A DNA stretch of 64,000 bases from Balanoglossus misakiensis (lineage: Eukaryota; Animalia; Hemichordata): assembly GCA_040954595.2 (NCBI GenBank), contig CM082591.2, forward strand, positions 2,904,259 to 2,968,258. Direction: 5' to 3'. Made by a program: the position numbers and the translations under genes. Positions 14,278 through 31,112 of this stretch are shown here, in pieces; the stretch's first letter is position 1, and every line of letters begins with the position of its first letter. Under the pieces are notes generated by a model. It did no database searches, was not told the DNA's origin, and saw only the letters and a program-made list of their open reading frames with translations.

Positions 14278-17200
14278 AAAACCATGGGTTATAGCTCATG
14301 AAAATCATCCAGAAATGTCAATTTTTCGACTTCGCGAAATTTCAAAATTTGGTGCTTTTTCGACAAAAACCATGGGTTATAGCTCATGAAAATCATCCAG
14401 AAATGTCAATTTTTCGACTTCGCGAAATTTCAAAATTTGATGCTTTTTTGACAAAAACCATGGGTTATAGCTCATGAAAATCATCCAGAAATGTCAATTT
14501 TTCGACTTCGCGAAATTTCAAAATTTGGTGCTTTTTCGACAAAAACCATGGGTTATAGCTCATGAAAATCATCCAGAAATGTCAATTTTTCGACTTCGCG
14601 AAATTTCAAAATTTGGTGGTTTTTCGACAAAAACCATGGGTTATAGCTCATGAAAATCATCCAGAAATGTCAATTTTTCGACTTCGCGAAATTTCAAAAT
14701 TTGGTGGTTTTTCGACAAAAACCATGGGTTATAGCTCATGAAAATCACCCAGAAATGTCAATTTTTCGACTTCGCGAAATTTCAAAATTTGGTGGTTTTT
14801 CGACAAAAACCATGGGTTATAGCTCATGAAAATCACCCAGAAATGTCAATTTTTCGACTTCGCGAAATTTCAAAATTTGGTGGTTTTTCGACAAAAACCA
14901 TGGGTTATAGCTCATGAAAATCACCCAGAAATGTCAATTTTTCGACTTCGCGAAATTTCAAAATGTTGTGGTTTTTCGACAAAAACCATGGGTTATAGCT
15001 CATGAAAATCACCCAGAAATGTCAATTTTTCGACTTCGCGAAATTTTAAAATTTGGTGGTTTTTCGACAAAAACCATGGGTTATAGCTCATGAAAATCAT
15101 CCAGAAATGTCAATTTTTCGACTTCGCGAATTTTCAAAATTTGGTGGTTTTTCGACAAAAACCATGGGTTATAGCTCATGAAAATCATCCAGAAATGTCA
15201 ATTTTTCGACTTCGCGAAATTTCAAAATTTGGTGGTTTTTCGACAAAAACCATGGGTTATAGCTCATGAAAATCATCCAGAAATGTCAATTTTTCGACTT
15301 CGCGAAATTTCAAAATTTGGTGGTTTTTCGACAAAAACCATGGGTTATAGCTCATGAAAATCACCCAGAAATGTCAATTTTTCGACTTCGCGAAATTTCA
15401 AAATGTTGTGGTTTTTCGACAAAAACCATGGGTTATAGCTCATGAAAATCACCCAGAAATGTCAATTTTTCGACTTCGCGAAATTTTAAAATTTGGTGGT
15501 TTTTCGACAAAAACCATGGGTTATAGCTCATGAAAATCATCCAGAAATGTCAATTTTTCGACTTCGCGAATTTTCAAAATTTGGTGGTTTTTCGACAAAA
15601 ACCATGGGTTATAGCTCATGAAAATCATCCAGAAATGTCAATTTTTCGACTTCGCGAAATTTCAAAATTTGGTGGTTTTTCGACAAAAACCATGGGTTAT
15701 AGCTCATGAAAATCATCCAGAAATGTCAATTTTTCGACTTCGCGAAATTTCAAAATTTGGTGGTTTTTCGACAAAAACCATGGGTTATAGCTCATGAAAA
15801 TCATCCAGAAATGTCAATTTTTCGACTTCGCGAATTTTCAAAATTTGGTGGTTTTTCGACAAAAACCATGGGTTATAGCTCATGAAAATCATCCAGAAAT
15901 ATCAATTTTTCGACTTCGCGAAATTTCAAAATTTGGTGGTTTTTCGACAAAAACCATGGGTTATAGCTCATGAAAATCATCCAGAAATGTCAATTTTTCG
16001 ACTTCGCGAAATTTCAAAATTTGGTGGTTTTTCGACAAAAACCATGGGTTATAGCTCATGAAAATCATCCAGAATTTTCAATTTTTCGACTTCGCGAAAT
16101 TTCAAAATTTGGTGGTTTTTCGACAAAAACCATGGGTTATAGCTCATGAAAATCATCCAGAAATGTCAATTTTTCGACTTCGCGAAATTTCAAAATTTGG
16201 TGGTTTTTCGACAAAAACCATGGGTTATAGCTCATGAAAATCATCCAGAAATGTCAATTTTTCGACTTCGCGAAATTTCAAAATTTGGTGCTTTTTCGAC
16301 AAAAACCATGGGTTATAGCTCATGAAAATCATCCAGAAATGTCAATTTTTCGACTTCGCGAAATTTCAAAATTTGGTGCTTTTTCGACAAAAACCATGGG
16401 TTATAGCTCATGAAAATCATCCAGAAATGTCAATTTTTCGACTTCGCGAAATTTCAAAATTTGGTGGTATTTCGACAAAAACCATGGGTTATAGCTCATG
16501 AAAATCATCCAGAAATGTCAATTTTTCGACTTCGCGAAATTTCAAAATTTGGTGGTTTTTCGACAAAAACCATGGGTTATAGCTCATGAAAATCATCCAG
16601 AAATGTCAATTTTTCGACTTCGCGAATTTTCAAAATTTGGTGGTTTTTCGACAAAAACCATGGGTTATAGCTCATGAAAATCATCCAGAAATGTCAATTT
16701 TTCGACTTCGCGAAATTTCAAAATTTGGTGGTTTTTCGACAAAAACCATGGGTTATAGCTCATGAAAATCATCCAGAAATTTCAATTTTTCGACTTAGCG
16801 AAATTTCAAAATTTGGTGGTTTTTCGACAAAAACCATGGGTTATAGCTCATGAAAATCATCCAGAAATGTCAATTTTTCGACTTCGCGAAATTTCAAAAT
16901 TTGGTGGTTTTTCGACAAAAACCATGGGTTATAGCTCATGAAAATCATCCAGAAATGTCAATTTTTCGACTTCGCGAATTTTCAAAATTTGGTGGTTTTT
17001 CGACAAAAACCATGGGTTATAGCTCATGAAAATCATCCAGAAATGTCAATTTTTCGACTTCGCGAAATTTCAAAATTTGGTGGTTTTTCGACAAAAACCA
17101 TGGGTTATAGCTCATGAAAATCATCCAGAAATGTCAATTTTTCGACTTCGCGAAATTTCAAAATTTGGTGGTTTTTCGACAAAAACCATGGGTTATAGCT

Positions 17201-20200
17201 CATGAAAATCATCCAGAAATGTCAATTTTTCGACTTCGCGAAATTTCAAAATTTGGTGGTTTTTCGACAAAAACCATGGGTTATAGCTCATGAAAATCAT
17301 CCAGAATTTTCAATTTTTCGACTTCGCGAAATTTCAAAATTTGGTGGTTTTTCGACAAAAACCATGGGTTATAGCTCATGAAAATCATCCAGAAATGTCA
17401 ATTTTTCGACTTCGCGAAATTTCAAAATTTGGTGGTTTTTCGACAAAAACCATGGGTTATAGCTCATGAAAATCATCCAGAAATGTCAATTTTTCGACTT
17501 CGCGAAATTTCAAAATTTGGTGGTTTTTCGACAAAAACCATGGGTTATAGCTCATGAAAATCATCCAGAAATGTCAATTTTTCGACTTCGCGAAATTTCA
17601 AAATTTGGTGCTTTTTCGACAAAAACCATGGGTTATAGCTCATGAAAATCATCCAGAAATGTCAATTTTTCGACTTCGCGAAATTTCAAAATTTGGTGGT
17701 TTTTCGACAAAAACCATGGGTTATAGCTCATGAAAATCATCCAGAAATGTCAATTTTTCGACTTCGCGAAATTTCAAAATTTGGTGCTTTTTCGACAAAA
17801 ACCATGGGTTATAGCTCATGAAAATCATCCAGAAATGTCAATTTTTCGACTTCGCGAAATTTCAAAATTTGGTGCTTTTTCGACAAAAACCATGGGTTAT
17901 AGCTCATGAAAATCATCCAGAAATGTCAATTTTTCGACTTCGCGAAATTTCAAAATTTGGTGGTATTTCGACAAAAACCATGGGTTATAGCTCATGAAAA
18001 TCATCCAGAAATGTCAATTTTTCGACTTCGCGAAATTTCAAAATTTGGTGGTTTTTCGACAAAAACCATGGGTTATAGCTCATGAAAATCATCCAGAAAT
18101 GTCAATTTTTCGACTTCGCGAATTTTCAAAATTTGGTGGTTTTTCGACAAAAACCATGGGTTATAGCTCATGAAAATCATCCAGAAATGTCAATTTTTCA
18201 ACTTCGCGAAATTTCAAAATTTGGTGGTTTTTCGACAAAAACCATGGGTTATAGCTCATGAAAATCATCCAGAAATTTCAATTTTTCGACTTCGCGAAAT
18301 TTCAAAATTTGGTGGTTTTTCGACAAAAACCATGGGTTATAGCTCATGAAAATCATCCAGAAATGTCAATTTTTCGACTTCGCGAAATTTCAAAATTTGG
18401 TGGTTTTTCGACAAAAACCATGGGTTATAGCTCATGAAAATCATCCAGAAATGTCAATTTTTCGACTTCGCGAATTTTCAAAATTTGGTGGTTTTTCGAC
18501 AAAAACCATGGGTTATAGCTCATGAAAATCATCCAGAAATGTCAATTTTTCGACTTCGCGAAATTTCAAAATTTGGTGGTTTTTCGACAAAAACCATGGG
18601 TTATAGCTCATGAAAATCATCCAGAAATGTCAATTTTTCGACTTCGCGAAATTTCAAAATTTGGTGGTTTTTCGACAAAAACCATGGGTTATAGCTCATG
18701 AAAATCATCCAGAAATGTCAATTTTTCGACTTCGCGAAATTTCAAAATTTGGTGGTTTTTCGACAAAAACCATGGGTTATAGCTCATGAAAATCATCCAG
18801 AATTTTCAATTTTTCGACTTCGCGAAATTTCAAAATTTGGTGGTTTTTCGACAAAAACCATGGGTTATAGCTCATGAAAATCATCCAGAAATGTCAATTT
18901 TTCGACTTCGCGAAATTTCAAAATTTGGTGGTTTTTCGACAAAAACCATGGGTTATAGCTCATGAAAATCATCCAGAAATGTCAATTTTTCGACTTCGCG
19001 AAATTTCAAAATTTGGTGGTTTTTCGACAAAAACCATGGGTTATAGCTCATGAAAATCATCCAGAAATGTCAATTTTTCGACTTCGCGAAATTTCAAAAT
19101 TTGGTGCTTTTTCGACAAAAACCATGGGTTATAGCTCATGAAAATCATCCAGAAATGTCAATTTTTCGACTTCGCGAAATTTCAAAATTTGGTGGTTTTT
19201 CGACAAAAACCATGGGTTATAGCTCATGAAAATCATCCAGAAATGTCAATTTTTCGACTTCGCGAAATTTCAAAATTTGGTGCTTTTTCGACAAAAACCA
19301 TGGGTTATAGCTCATGAAAATCATCCAGAAATGTCAATTTTTCGACTTCGCGAATTTTCAAAATTTGGTGGTTTTTCGACAAAAACCATGGGTTATAGCT
19401 CATGAAAATCATCCAGAAATGTCAATTTTTCGACTTCGCGAAATTTCAAAATTTGGTGGTTTTTCGACAAAAACCATGGGTTATAGCTCATGAAAATCAT
19501 CCAGAAATGTCAATTTTTCGACTTCGCGAAATTTCAAAATTTGGTGGTTTTTCGACAAAAACCATGGGTTATAGCTCATGAAAATCATCCAGAATTTTCA
19601 ATTTTTCGACTTCGCGAAATTTCAAAATTTGGTGGTTTTTCGACAAAAACCATGGGTTATAGCTCATGAAAATCATCCAGAAATGTCAATTTTTCGACTT
19701 CGCGAAATTTCAAAATTTGGTGGTTTTTCGACAAAAACCATGGGTTATAGCTCATGAAAATCATCCAGAAATGTCAATTTTTCGACTTCGCGAAATTTCA
19801 AAATTTGGTGCTTTTTCGACAAAAACCATGGGTTATAGCTCATGAAAATCATCCAGAAATGTCAATTTTTCGACTTCGCGAAATTTCAAAATTTGGTGCT
19901 TTTTCGACAAAAACCATGGGTTATAGCTCATGAAAATCATCCAGAAATGTCAATTTTTCGACTTCGCGAAATTTCAAAATTTGGTGGTATTTCGACAAAA
20001 ACCATGGGTTATAGCTCATGAAAATCATCCAGAAATGTCAATTTTTCGACTTCGCGAAATTTCAAAATTTGGTGGTTTTTCGACAAAAACCATGGGTTAT
20101 AGCTCATGAAAATCATCCAGAAATGTCAATTTTTCGACTTCGCGAATTTTCAAAATTTGGTGGTTTTTCGACAAAAACCATGGGTTATAGCTCATGAAAA

Positions 20201-20785
20201 TCATCCAGAAATGTCAATTTTTCAACTTCGCGAAATTTCAAAATTTGGTGGTTTTTCGACAAAAACCATGGGTTATAGCTCATGAAAATCATCCAGAAAT
20301 GTCAATTTTTCGACTTCGCGAAATTTCAAAATTTGGTGGTTTTTCGACAAAAACCATGGGTTATAGCTCATGAAAATCATCCAGAAATGTCAATTTTTCG
20401 ACTTCGCGAAATTTCAAAATTTGGTGGTTTTTCGACAAAAACCATGGGTTATAGCTCATGAAAATCATCCAGAAATGTCAATTTTTCGACTTCGCCAAAT
20501 TTAAAAATTTGGTGGTTTTTCGACAAAAACCATGGGTTATAGCTCATGAAAATCATCCAGAAATGTCAATTTTTCGACTTCGCGAAATTTCAAAATTTGG
20601 TGGTTTTTCGACAAAATCCATGGGTTATAGCTCATGAAAATCATCCAGAAATGTCAATTTTTCGACTTCACGAAATTTCAAAATTTGGTGGTTTTCGACA
20701 AAAACCATGGGTTATAGCTCATGAAAATCATCCAGAAATGTCAATTTTTCGACTTCGCGAAATTTCAAAATTTGGTGGTTTTTTC
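14274..20785 (-). repeat. Same 88-bp satellite in inverted orientation (~74 monomers) with higher-order structure
   Basis: From GACAAAAACCATGGGTTATAGCTCATG at 14274 onward the sequence is the reverse complement of the monomer. The 88-bp phase is exact: ACCATGGGTT recurs at 14281, 15601, 16921, 18241 and 19561 (steps of 15x88). Confidence 0.99.
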
Positions 20786-20865
20786 AAAAAAATGAAGAAA
20801 TTTCGGTATTTCGCAAAGTCGAAAAATCGTCATTTTTGGATGATTTTCATAAGCTATAACCCATG
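20706..20865. repeat. Terminal imperfect inverted repeat (~68-bp arms) formed by the last monomer and a diverged monomer in the opposite orientation
   Basis: Left arm CATGGGTTATAGCTCATGAAAATCATCCAGAAATGTCAATTTTTCGACTTCGCGAAATTTC pairs with right arm ATTTCGCAAAGTCGAAAAATCGTCATTTTTGGATGATTTTCATAAGCTATAACCCATG, which ends at 20865. Confidence 0.9.
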
Positions 20866-20988
20866 AAACGACTATATCTTACCTCTTTCGGAATTGGCGC
20901 TGTCTTATTCTTATTCTAGGTCTAATCTTAAAATTTTAGCTAACAATTTATTGGAAAAAAGGACACATACACACATTCTAATTCAAAA

Positions 20989-20994
20989 TTTATT
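20989..20994 (-). terminator. Probable polyadenylation signal of GH9 paralogue 1
   Basis: AATAAA on the minus strand followed by a GT/T-rich element (TGTGTGTATGTGTCCTTTTTT). A second AATAAA lies at 20947-20952. It is ~630 nt downstream of the stop codon. Confidence 0.55.
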
Positions 20995-21625
20995 CAGGTC
21001 ATTCAAGTCAAGTCGGTATAGACACGCTCAAAAGACAACTTCGTCACAATGGAAGGTACAAATGTAAATTGTATTTAAGATGCCTACAGAAAATCATAGT
21101 ACAATATAATCAGGTCAATTAATGTAAATGACACCGAAAAAAATACATTAAAACACTATAAGTCACACAGACAATACAATTTTTACTGAACAATAAAAGC
21201 CAAATTTAACAGTATGTACTCTTCCAAGATGATAAATGTACTCTGTAATCCGTTATGACGCACGCTCTCTGATACATGTTGCATTACTGGCGCGATAGGT
21301 GTAGCAAAAGAAACAACACAATATATGTATACAAAAGAAAATTGAAATAGTTATCATAAAGATTGAATATTTTATAGAAATGTCCAATGTTACTGTATTG
21401 AATTAAATTAATAAATGAAAAAGTAGTAAATCTCAACACTATAGCATATTTTGTTTACTATTAATCTATTACACAATATGTGTCAAATATACTCTTGTAA
21501 ATAGCGCCCCTGTGATCATCACAGCTGTTCTCTCGTTTAGGCACGATCCCAACAGGGAAACCCTTGGCTTGATCGAAGACTGGCAGCCTTCGAATTGTCT
21601 GTTCGTCCGGCTACGGATGTGGTTT

Positions 21626-25503
<3,878 letters not shown>

Positions 25504-27359
25504 GCGATCGCAAATAGACCTCTGCTATAAAATCCGACAAAACCATACGACCGACTGGAAAACTAACAATGCATTTCAAACATAAACAAGTATAAAGGCA
25601 GGCTTTTCAGTATTTTGTGTAATGCAACTATGACATTAACAACAAGACGTGCCTATATACACTTTGTAACGAGTTGCCCGCGGGTGTCTTTGGAACAAGT
25701 TTTGACGCAAAACAACGTTTTACCTTTACAGTACCGTAGGCTATGTTTTTACACGGTTCAAGGACAGTGGCACCTGGAAATGCGTATCGACAAGATTGTT
25801 CGATTCACGAGAAACGACGAGGTTGTCTGTGCAGTTTTTGATTTACAACATCGTTTTTCATCACAGCATGTTTAGACTTGACTGTCACGTTTGGAAATTG
25901 CAGTTGGTGTTATTGGCAGTTGACATGGTAACTCGAGTTATGCACCAGATTTCCGAGTCGTTGGTAGTGCGAGTTTCTAAGCAACAGCATTTGAGTTTGC
26001 CGGGGGGAGGCGATAATGTCGCCGCGAGATTGAGAAGAAAACACGTTTTTGTGCGCAGGAAAATCAATTTGGGTAACTTTTGTTTGTTCTTGACCATGCC
26101 ATCGATTGATATATGCACTTCGTCGGCAGGTCACTGCTCAGGGAGTAATTTGGGTTAACTTGTTCGTCGATCAAATACAACCACCACAAAACGTCACACT
26201 CGAGCGCTTCCAATTAGACTCCTGCCTGGCGGATATGATTCTACAGGCCACAAAACCCTCAAGAGACGTCTCTAACAATACATGTCATTCTGTATTCAGC
26301 TCCAAAGGCACAGACACGCCATTTAGGTCCATTGTCACGCGCAGCCGGTCACCTAAAACACCCGCCAAACAATGTACACATTTTCACCACAATACAAATA
26401 TACGACTGTGACTGCCTTGCAATGCGACCATGGTAAACGAAACGAGCTAAGTGACCGTATCTCTTAACAATGAACGTATATCGATGAAGCTTCGTAGTCT
26501 AAACCGCACGTAAAACTTGGGTAAACTGTTCGCAACGTGCGGGAGAACGAAAATAAGGCTGGCGATGCATGAAACGGTGCCTAATCGCCCGAATAAATCC
26601 CCTTTCACGAGATATAAAGCCCTCACTTCAGATAAGCATGCATTCAACGCCTAGCGCCTGTAAACATGGCGGGGCTGTAAGAGCCCAGGACGGTGATATA
26701 CTTATGGCCGTATCATGATTCTTTGTGAGAACGTCTAATTTAGTCCTTCAGTCGCACCCAAAACGGCCCACCCGGCCAAGACAAGACTGAATCGTTGTCT
26801 ACTTAACAGAATGCCCTACTTTACCAGTTCACGACCTTCGGTTAAAAAACCTGTAAATTGTATGTGAAATACTAGTTAAGTACCACTTAGCGGTGATTTG
26901 TTTTCCAAAACATGTACCTATTAAAGCTGTAGTTGCCAAGGGCACGCAATCCTAGGCTCGTATTTACTACCAAAATATAAAGTAAAGGGGAGAGATATTG
27001 TTCCAACGTCAGTGTTACTTGACTCACTGAAGTCTCCGTATGTTTCGGTAAACTGCAAACAATATTATTCAATGCCCATACAAGCACAATCACTTCGCTG
27101 AAAAACATTCTCATCTCTATGACTGGTACTCTAAAACTCTGTGGGGTATCTGTAGAAAAGAATGAATACCTAGCAAACTATAGAGGACCATCATGGCCCA
27201 GAGACACGCAATTGACCCTATAATCCTGAAAGCGTATTGAGTAAGCATAGAAGAACATTCCAAGCACTGCCATAGCGATTTCAACTGGAAGTTCGTGCGC
27301 CCTGCAATTCCATCTGGTGATATTAGGCTTCTGAAGAATGGTGAGGCACATGCTACAAG

Positions 27360-27384
27360 CATAGACTCTGGATCAGGGTCTATG
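27360..27384. mobile_element. 25-bp remnant of a TIR element with a 7-bp target-site duplication
   Basis: CTACAAG-[CATAGACTCTG GAT CAGGGTCTATG]-CTACAAG. The inverted repeat matches at 10 of 11 positions, with exact direct repeats at 27353-27359 and 27385-27391. Confidence 0.6.
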
Positions 27385-30300
27385 CTACAAGACAGCCTCC
27401 CCGTACCTGTAAATGCATAGTGCGCTAAGGGGTCAAATATTCATCCTCGTGGCTCATTATCACTTTTCACGCCTGGATTATGCAAATGCCCTTCCGATGT
27501 CAGTCATTCAAGCGGTCTGCATGCTTGTATTTGCATACACAGTACAATGTGAATGACCACGTGTCTGATCTGTGACAACATTTCTGTCTGCTTGCCAAAA
27601 GTAACGATTTGTCGAACAAAACTTATAGCTGTTGGACAGTGAACCAAAATTTCGAAAACGTTATGAACCTGATGTCGAAATTTAAGATCCGGAGCTAGTT
27701 ATCGCTATAATATGAAAATTAATTTAATCGAAAAAGATTACATGTATATGTATGCAAGCAACGTAAATGTATAATGTATAATGCGCCATTTTGTGATGTT
27801 ACGTCATTTTGATGGTACATGTATAACGGGTTTCAGACAGGACCAAAATGACACTGACGCAAAGTGGTCAAATTGGTCAAAGTTTCTCAGTCCAAATGAC
27901 GTTGATGGAGTGTGTGTAGCTTGTGGAACCAACTGACAATTTGGAACTAAATTGATTTTGTGTACGTATATGCACTATTTAAAAGGACCGTGACCGAGCT
28001 ATTATGCATGCCCGTTCATGTGAGAAGATGGCTTACCAATTTGAAATGAATATGATAAAGACAAAAATCGAATTCAAGGTCTGGCTGGTTAAGTCGCCTC
28101 TCTTGGGGTGCCCTGAAGCGCCGGCCAAGCTCCATTGCGTGGTAACAAAGCTGTGCTTTTAGCTTACCGTGCAGTATTTGAGACAAACAATAACAGACAA
28201 GCTTTGCAGCAAAATGAACTCGACGACTGAGCCGCCCTTTCCTTGCGATGATGGGTCGAGCCAAACCGAAGAGGTTAATTTGGGTCATGCTGTTACCAAG
28301 CTGCGGGAGACAGTCTGACCTACAGCTGGAAATAAAGCGAATTCGACTAAAAGGACATTTCAATTGTGTATGACCTTTTTTGCCCCAGTCATGCAAGATG
28401 CCACGGTGGCAAAACCGCTGTCCTCTTCTGGGGGACCATCATCTTAAAACAGTCCATGGAAAGTGATTTCATTATTGAAACACTCATCAGTTGTGGGCGC
28501 ATTAGGTTATAATTACGGACTTGTTTGTGTGTAGAACGAGTAAATGTTACTAGTGTTAGAAAGGCTACCGTCAATGATGCAAACCAAGAATAAGTAATTC
28601 ATACTGTCACGGTATCACAATCGGAGCGATGGACCTTAAAGATCTCACATGTGCGTGAACCGTGAATGGACTAAAAAATGTTTACAAGGGAGGATTGGGG
28701 ACTAGAGAATACTTTACGTTTAGATCATTTGTTTCTCTGTTTGTTTGGCTACCACACGCATGCAATAGAGGACAACACTTTTGAACGAAGACGTTGGTTT
28801 ACACTGAAGAAAAGCAAACAGAGCCGCAGCTACGACACAAACACTTGAAAATGGTTGATATCTTCAACATTTCCTTCACCCCACATCATGCATGTGCTAT
28901 TTTTCTCTCACTCAAGAAGCATTTCCCGTTCTGCTCACCGGGAAAAGGACAAATATCCTCAATATTAAGATTTCGCATTCACCAACTAAACACCATACGT
29001 GCTAATTTATACCTGGGGTGTCCGGTCTCAAATATTAGTTTGCTGTCAATCGAGATTCAATTCCAAGATTACATAGTTAGCTAATGTAAAACAGAATATC
29101 ATAAGAGAGCAGATCGTGTATCGTGGCGGGAGTTTTGGGCATCTTCAGATGTAGGCGTCTGCAGCTGGTGAAAAGTATTCCGCCTTGGGGTAATAGCGAA
29201 CGCCATATTTGATCTTACTTTACTAAAATATATCATGCGTTCGCTTAATGTTCTATAAGGTGTAACGATCTTGGCGGTTGACGTTACCCAACCATGAATT
29301 TTAACGAAACCCCGACGCAGACCATAAATGGCGACAGGCGGGAGAAATCCTGCAAAACTTACCCAACCGCTCGGCTTTGTTAGTTCCCACGCACCAGTCG
29401 TCTCTTCTACGGGTGTTACTTCGTTCACCGGAAGATGGAAGGTTGACATTGCTACACTGTCACTGTAACGTTCGTGAGCGATTCAGTCGCCAAAAAAATG
29501 GAAGTGGGCGATAGCTACACGTGAACACCGACGCGACGACGGCAGCGGGGCTATTCCTCCCTTTATTTATGGGTCTGTTCTGTGAGATAATTGTTCATAA
29601 AAATGCCGTTAACAAAAGGAGTCACGGTAACTGACCTGAGTGACTGATACTCTTGGTCAGTCTCTCCTTGTTGTTGTTGTTGCGTTGGCGGTGTTTGTCA
29701 GTAGTTCGTCATTTTCTCATCACACACTGTAAAATGCCTGACAACGATGCGGGTTGGCCGTCTTCCATCGACATACAGTTGTCAAGCTCGACTCGCACTC
29801 GATTTCAAATCTTTTGTTGTACACAATATATGACCAAAAAATGCGAAATCTATAATTGCTCAAGTTTTTTTTCTGCATTCGTGAATGCATTTAAATTCTA
29901 TCACCGCTTCTCAGTGCGTGCACAATTAAAGAAATTGTGCCCGCTAAGTATTGCCGATAGCGATTGTTTTGACGCGAAGAATGACATAATACATGAGTGG
30001 ACGCCGCCGTTTCAACTCAAGAATTGCATATATATTACAGAGCAACCCACAAGACACAAAGGAAACAACAGATACTTTTGAGGATTTTTGTTGGTTTTGT
30101 TGGCAAGAAAATATAATACTCTCTGTGATACACGTCTACGCTTTCTCGGTCTGATGGTGCTAATCTTGGTAGGTGAGACTTCGGTATGTGAGTTGAGATC
30201 ATGCCAAATAAACATAAGCCGAACTGCGCACATGCGACTTATAGCCTTGTTCTCAATGTTCAGGGAGATCCCACCGCCCAATGCATGTGTTAGCAAAGGA

Positions 30301-31052
30301 AATATTATAAAAAGTAACGACACACTTTGCCATGGTGCACAGAGTAATACAAAGTAACAACCACATTGTTGTCAATGATGTACATTGTAGCAGTTACACT
30401 TTGCTCTAACTTTGACTTGAACTGTGTCGCACCGTACCCACACCCGCGGCCGTAGAGAACATTGTCAAGTTTTAATTATATGCAAATTTTATATATCTGC
30501 ATATGAACAATAGAATAAAAACATCAGGCAGGTGGCCATGTTTCTTCTATCAACACGCAATTGACACCTATCGATCATGTAGCGCAGTGTGACTTTTAGT
30601 AGCAACGTCAAGAGATGCAGTATACATTGACATCAAGATGCTTGAAGTTAACCAAAGGCCTTTGACCTTGTGATTGAAAGTTAAATATATCATGAAAAGT
30701 AACGTGATTAAACCTACCTTGCTTTGGCGACGTTTCCTTTGATAGATTGACACTCACGACCATGACCTGCTGAAGTCTCAGTGTAATACTGCTTGTACTA
30801 TGAGGACAACGAAACGAACGTGTCATCTGCGATTGGGTGTCTTGCTTGACTGGTTCATCCTTCGGAAGTCAATGGAGGGTAGTGTGCATTTACGCGAATC
30901 GTGTCAACTTTCTGTCGGCGCAGGTGCATTGTGATGACGTATGACTTGCGTGTAAGGCGCGGCAGGTGGAAGTTGGTTTAAGACTCAGGGAATGGACAAT
31001 GCCTTTGCGACGGGGGTAGGTCGATTGAAGGAGGAATGGGCCAGGTTACCCT

Positions 31053-31112
31053 GTCTTGTAAATGACCCGTTGGGGTGAAGAGTCTTGTAAATGACCAGTT
31101 GGGGTGAAGAGT
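31053..31112. repeat. 29-bp tandem duplication
   Basis: GTCTTGTAAATGACC(C/A)GTTGGGGTGAAGA occurs twice in tandem. Confidence 0.9.

Noticed and set aside
1-20785. CRISPR array or telomeric repeat
   Set aside because: Monomers are contiguous with no unique spacers, there are no cas genes, the context is eukaryotic, and there is no short G-rich telomere unit.
7700-20785. Inversion as a simple mirror-image fold-back read artefact
   Set aside because: Variant monomers on either side of 14277 are not in mirrored order, and the right arm has its own HORs. Read-level confirmation is still needed.
386-20866. Repeated 64-118 aa ORFs (MKIIQKCQFFDFAKFQ..)
   Set aside because: These are translations of the 88-bp satellite. 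They exceed the length cut-off only where 1-bp indels shift the frame past the regular stop codon.
21500-21517. CTCF insulator near the satellite boundary
   Set aside because: The motif is one base short of the consensus spacing and lies in a predicted 3' UTR.
25885-26118. piggyBac transposase-like fragment (HISIDGMVKNK)
   Set aside because: It lacks the DE of IDE and the downstream GR..KP.KYG motif in the frames examined; a chance resemblance.
29318-29577. Possible MITE bounded by CAGACCATAAAT / ATTTATGGGTCTG
   Set aside because: The match is only ~12 bp with an indel, and there is no target-site duplication.
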